27,706 nt of DNA from a virus. Lineage: Duplodnaviria > Caudoviricetes. The stretch lies in IMG/VR virus record IMGVR_UViG_3300020045_003736, positions 1 to 27,706 of that record, one strand, 5' to 3'. This document shows, piece after piece, positions 24,575 through 27,706 of this stretch; position 1 is the stretch's first letter; every line of letters begins with the position of its first letter. The notes under the pieces are model-generated. The model did not search any database. It was not told the origin of the DNA and was given only the letters and a program-made list of their open reading frames with translations. A program made the position numbers and the translations under genes.

Positions 24575-25717
24575 TTACTTAAGTGTTATTGGTTCGCCTG
24601 TGTAGGGTTTGAAGTCTTCAATATCCCAGTTGTCGCTGTATTCGCCTTTGTTGGTATCGCTATCTTCAATTAAGCACACACCGCTAAAGGTGTTGTTTAG
24701 ACTGCCGGTGCCTGTAATCATAAAAATAGCATTACCGCTAATACCTTGCGCATAATTTCCTTGTTTCCCCCAGTCAAACTTTTCTTTAGGCTCAGCATCC
24801 AGCACAAGTCGTTTGAAGTCTGATTCGGATAGTAGGGTGTAGCCTTCAGGAATATCCTTTAGTCCTTCGCCATTATGAGCTATAAAATCATATTCATAAG
24901 CATCGCCTGTAAAAAAACCATTTGATACTTCTATTTTCCACTCGGTTAACGTTTCTGCATTCTCGGTCGTTACTCTTACAACCCACTTCTCAGGCAATTC
25001 AGTTAAAGGCTGCTCAACAATTTCTGCCCATTGGCCGTCTCTGTAGAGCCATGGGTTTGAATGGTTTTTATCCCAGTCTTTTTCAGCAGTCTTGCCTTGA
25101 ACGGTGTAATTACAGCACTCAAAATAATCATCGCTTAGTTTGCAATTTTCAGCACCTAGTGATTTCGCCAATGAATTAATTACATCCCCGACTTTATACC
25201 TCCTTTTCGCCTCGTTTATCAAAGAGGTAGATACTTCTTCGGGGGTGGCTGGTGTCCAAAAATCAGGTGTCCATACAGGGCAATAGTCTACCCATTCGGC
25301 ACGAGTGTTAAAACCATAACCTTCGCTTTCAGATGATTTAAAAACTATAGATAAAGGGTCTTTAATTGCTTTATACCACTTACCAGCCTCTAATTTGGTA
25401 GGCTGCACATGCTCCGATACTGTTTGTATTTCTTCAACTAAATTAAATGGATTTTTTACAAAACGTTCTAAAGCGGTAAGCCTTCTCTCTAACGCCTTTA
25501 GTTTGTTCTTGCGCTTAGGTATGAAGTCTGAGGCGGGGAGTTGTAAGCCATTCCATATTGCTTGCCATTCCCAAACGGAACCATTAGACCAAAGGTATCG
25601 GGCTATTAATTCTTTGTGGTATACTTTATTGGTTAGCTTACAAATAGCCTTAGCCTCTTTCTTATTGGCTATGTAAATTGCCTCATTGGGCTGTAGTGAT
25701 GATAATTTGCGTTTCAT
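24575..25717 (-). CDS. mosaic hypothetical phage protein
   Basis: Start moved to 25717 (ATGA overlap); modules LEAGKWYK, PATPEEV..SLI.EAKRRY, G.WAEIV, LPEKW. Confidence 0.75.
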   Translation of the reverse strand: MKRKLSSLQPNEAIYIANKKEAKAICKLTNKVYHKELIARYLWSNGSVWEWQAIWNGLQLPASDFIPKRKNKLKALERRLTALERFVKNPFNLVEEIQTVSEHVQPTKLEAGKWYKAIKDPLSIVFKSSESEGYGFNTRAEWVDYCPVWTPDFWTPATPEEVSTSLINEAKRRYKVGDVINSLAKSLGAENCKLSDDYFECCNYTVQGKTAEKDWDKNHSNPWLYRDGQWAEIVEQPLTELPEKWVVRVTTENAETLTEWKIEVSNGFFTGDAYEYDFIAHNGEGLKDIPEGYTLLSESDFKRLVLDAEPKEKFDWGKQGNYAQGISGNAIFMITGTGSLNNTFSGVCLIEDSDTNKGEYSDNWDIEDFKPYTGEPITLK

Positions 25718-25872
25718 AATGTTATTTGTTGTTGGTTTATATATTCCTTTATTCTTAAGCAAGCTATTTCCAGTATATCAATGTGAGTTTGTATACAACC
25801 TCTGTTTTTAAACTGAAAAGACACGTCTATAATATTTTTTATCTCTCTTTCCTCTTCCGTTATTGGGGTCAT
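25714..25872 (-). CDS. small hypothetical protein (52 aa)
   Basis: MTPITEEEREIK...; ATGA-coupled on both sides when started at 25872. Confidence 0.55.
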   Translation of the reverse strand: MTPITEEEREIKNIIDVSFQFKNRGCIQTHIDILEIACLRIKEYINQQQITL

Positions 25873-26471
25873 AAACATTGTAAAATCCCACTTAGGAGGT
25901 TCGTTTTTTTGTTTTTTATCTCCAAACATAATATTATTTGTTGTTGGTTAGTAATTCGGGGTTTAGTGTTTCTTCTGTTTTTAGCTTGTTGATTATTAGG
26001 TATCCATGTACAATTTAATGGTTCATAATTACCATTTACATTAATTCTTTCTATAGTTAAATTATTTTCATATCCATTTGATAAAGCCCAAGATTTGAAT
26101 AAAGAATAATCATTTATCCATTCAGGACAAACAATAATGCCTCTACCTCCATAATTTATATAATCTTTACTATTTTCTTCATAGCACCTTTTAATCATAT
26201 CTGTGTATGTTCTGTGAAGCCTTTGCCTACTTTCTCCATGTTTGTAATTTGTACTGTAAATCCCAGTTATACATTCCTTATTTTGCAATTTCCAGTTTAC
26301 ATAACAATATCTATTACAGTATTTTTTATTTACTGATGGTTTAGTAACAGGTAATTTTTCGCTACAAAATTTACAATCTTTATCAGATAAAAGTATTTTG
26401 CCGCAAGAACCTCTTTTATGATTAGAATATGACTTTGCGTTGTTTGTCTTATACCCGCACTTGCATTCCAT
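25869..26471 (-). CDS. HNH endonuclease with N-terminal Zn-finger motifs
   Basis: HG...RL...Y..M..RCY, YGGRGI.VC.EW, LTIERI.VNGNYEP.NC.W; C.CG, CKFC, YCNRYC. Confidence 0.85.
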   Translation of the reverse strand: MECKCGYKTNNAKSYSNHKRGSCGKILLSDKDCKFCSEKLPVTKPSVNKKYCNRYCYVNWKLQNKECITGIYSTNYKHGESRQRLHRTYTDMIKRCYEENSKDYINYGGRGIIVCPEWINDYSLFKSWALSNGYENNLTIERINVNGNYEPLNCTWIPNNQQAKNRRNTKPRITNQQQIILCLEIKNKKTNLLSGILQCL

Positions 26472-26486
26472 AATATTTTATAATAA

Positions 26487-26511
26487 AGAAACCCCTACAC
26501 ACTTTTAAGGG
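26487..26511 (-). terminator. weak hairpin or terminator between the repeat protein and HNH genes
   Basis: Minus strand reads AACCCTTA-AAAGTGTG-TAGGGGTT followed by TCTTT. Confidence 0.45.
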
Positions 26512-26521
26512 TTAATGTGGT

Positions 26522-27463
26522 TTATACTCTAACTCCTGTTATATCAAAAAATACATCAGCATCAAAATTTGGCAAATCAATAAATGACTGTTTGGCGCTA
26601 TCGCTCCAATTGTTCCAAGCATTAATGAAAGACTCTTTATAGGGTAAATATTTAATATAACCGCCTGTGGTTATAAAATAAGGATAAAGTGATTTTTCTT
26701 CTTCACTCATTTTGTAGCCGGGAACCCACAAAGTAGTGTCTATTGATTGCAACAATGAATATGCATCTGATTTAACAAATTCTTCATAAGACCATTTAGA
26801 CGGCTTATTAAACATAATGTAATTTGGTTTTTCCAAATTATTAAATGCGCCTGCGTTGTCGTTGCCTGCGTTGCTGTTGCCTGCGTTTTTGTTGCCTGCG
26901 TTGTAGTTGCCTGCGTTGTCGTTGCCTGCGTTGCTGTAGCCTGCGTTTCTGTTGCCTGCGTTGTAGTTGCCTGCGTTGTCGTTGCCTGCGTTGCTGTTGC
27001 CTGCGTTGTCGTTGCCTGCGTTGCTGTAGCCTGCGTTTCTGTTGCCTGCGTTGTAGTTGCCTGCGTTTCTGTTGCCTGCGTTGTAGTTGCCTGCGTTGCT
27101 GTTGCCTGCGTTTCTGTTGCCTGCGTTGCTGTAGCCTGCGTTTCCTATCCCCGTATTACCTTTTCCAATATTTACAATATTGAGAACTTCTAACCAAGAT
27201 ATTTCTTTTATAAACTTAATTTTTTCTACACAATGCTTATCTCCATCGGTATCAAAATTACCGTATCCTTCAACTTCAAAAACTCTATTGTTAGGGTTAA
27301 AAGAGTAATAATTAAAACAGTCTTTAAGCTCAACACAAAAGTGAAAGCCGTTATTACATGCTTTAATATTTCCTTTTTCTTTATACTCTTTGTCAACTTC
27401 AAATTGAAAACCTCGGCACTGCATATTTTCGTCAGTTACCTTAAATCCTTTAATTACTTCCAT
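26522..27463 (-). CDS. DUF7666-like N-terminal domain plus NAG(N/Y)x pentapeptide-repeat protein
   Basis: KGFK......CRGFQFE, C..GFHFC...DCF.YY, R.FEV; 20 NAG repeats; C-term LPNFDADVF..ITG. Confidence 0.85.
   Translation of the reverse strand: MEVIKGFKVTDENMQCRGFQFEVDKEYKEKGNIKACNNGFHFCVELKDCFNYYSFNPNNRVFEVEGYGNFDTDGDKHCVEKIKFIKEISWLEVLNIVNIGKGNTGIGNAGYSNAGNRNAGNSNAGNYNAGNRNAGNYNAGNRNAGYSNAGNDNAGNSNAGNDNAGNYNAGNRNAGYSNAGNDNAGNYNAGNKNAGNSNAGNDNAGAFNNLEKPNYIMFNKPSKWSYEEFVKSDAYSLLQSIDTTLWVPGYKMSEEEKSLYPYFITTGGYIKYLPYKESFINAWNNWSDSAKQSFIDLPNFDADVFFDITGVRV
26849..27142 (-). repeat. 15-bp tandem repeat, 20 units with invariant core AACGCAGGC
   Basis: GCCTGCGTT recurs every 15 nt on the + strand from 26849 to 27134. 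Confidence 0.95.
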
Positions 27464-27485
27464 TGGTTAAATATATTTTAAAATA

Positions 27486-27578
27486 CAAAACCCGTATAAT
27501 CCGGATGCGCTTCACTTCATCTTTCATATACGGGTAGTATAATGTTTTTTTGGTTGCGTATTGTGAAGCGGCAACACG
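27486..27578 (-). ncRNA. kissing-loop leader RNA, copy 4 (before the repeat protein)
   Basis: P1 CGTGTTG/CAATACG with loop CCGCTTCA; P2 CCCGTATA-TGA-AA-GATG[AAGTGAAGCG]CATC-CG-GAT-TATACGGG followed by TTTT. Confidence 0.7.
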
Positions 27579-27579
27579 A

Positions 27580-27611
27580 CAAATGTACAAATATTTTCAT
27601 TACTTTTACAA
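27580..27611 (-). promoter_or_regulatory. promoter (TTG-21 nt-TACATTTG) for the minus-strand block
   Basis: Canonical Bacteroidota -33/-7 arrangement on the minus strand. Confidence 0.7.
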
Positions 27612-27612
27612 C

Positions 27613-27706
27613 ATGCTAAAACATTATTTCAATTTTATCACATCACAGCGCGGCTGGGTAGAAACGGATGAGCCTGTAGGATGGGATGCAACGGGTTTTA
27701 GCATCA
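27613..27706 (+). CDS. 5' end of a putative tail structural protein (truncated by the window)
   Basis: MLKHYFNFITSQRGWVETDEPVGWDATGFSI..., open to the edge; I associate an N-terminal EP.GWD motif with post-tape-measure proteins of Bacteroidota phages. Confidence 0.55.
   Translation, partial: MLKHYFNFITSQRGWVETDEPVGWDATGFSI

Noticed and set aside
344-25992. Short ORFs nested in or antisense to larger genes (e.g. 344-559, 6376-6624, 9524-9898, 15098-15421, 18892-19149, 24922-25179)
   Set aside because: They overlap well-supported genes in another frame or strand and have no recognisable motifs.
26487-26520. Fifth kissing-loop leader before the HNH gene
   Set aside because: Only 5 possible pairs (CACAT/GTGTG), no P1 stem, no UGA/GAU motif and no promoter.
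26849-27142. CRISPR array or DGR template/variable repeat
   Set aside because: The 15-bp period has no unique spacers and is in-frame coding. The AAC and GCA adenines of the core never vary, and there is no reverse transcriptase or second template copy in the window.
26845-27183. Cys/Arg-rich 112-aa + strand ORF
   Set aside because: Antisense shadow of the pentapeptide repeat.
1-27706. Genome-wide stop-codon reassignment
   Set aside because: Genes are full length in code 11, and TAA, TGA and TAG all terminate well-supported genes.

Overview
A 27.7-kb segment of a long-tailed (siphovirus-like) phage or prophage. A Bacteroidota, probably Flavobacteriales, host is inferred from repeated TAnnTTTG -7 promoter motifs and A-rich starts without Shine-Dalgarno sites. 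The + strand carries, in order: small accessory ORFs (1-3154); a replication and modification module (SF2 helicase, VirE_N/BT4734-type primase-SF3 helicase, VRR-NUC, C5 methyltransferase, SLOG/DUF2493 protein); two tandem tRNA-like cloverleaves; TerS and TerL; a three-gene insert; portal, protease and capsid; connectors, major tail protein, a fibre-like protein and tape measure. A 3.4-kb minus-strand block then interrupts the tail operon, which appears to resume at 27613. The most striking signal is a structured RNA leader present four times (about 3160, 5124, 11657 and minus-strand 27587). Each copy has a promoter, a small hairpin P1, an A-rich linker, a terminator-like hairpin P2 with a conserved UGA/GAU internal motif, a U-tract and a start codon. 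In each copy the P1 and P2 apical regions form a 7-bp kissing pair, with a different sequence every time. Also notable are an in-frame FExQFE peptide behind the UGA stop of the major tail gene and a variant tRNA-Trp with a 4-bp anticodon stem. All family calls come from motif recognition by eye; no database searches were run.
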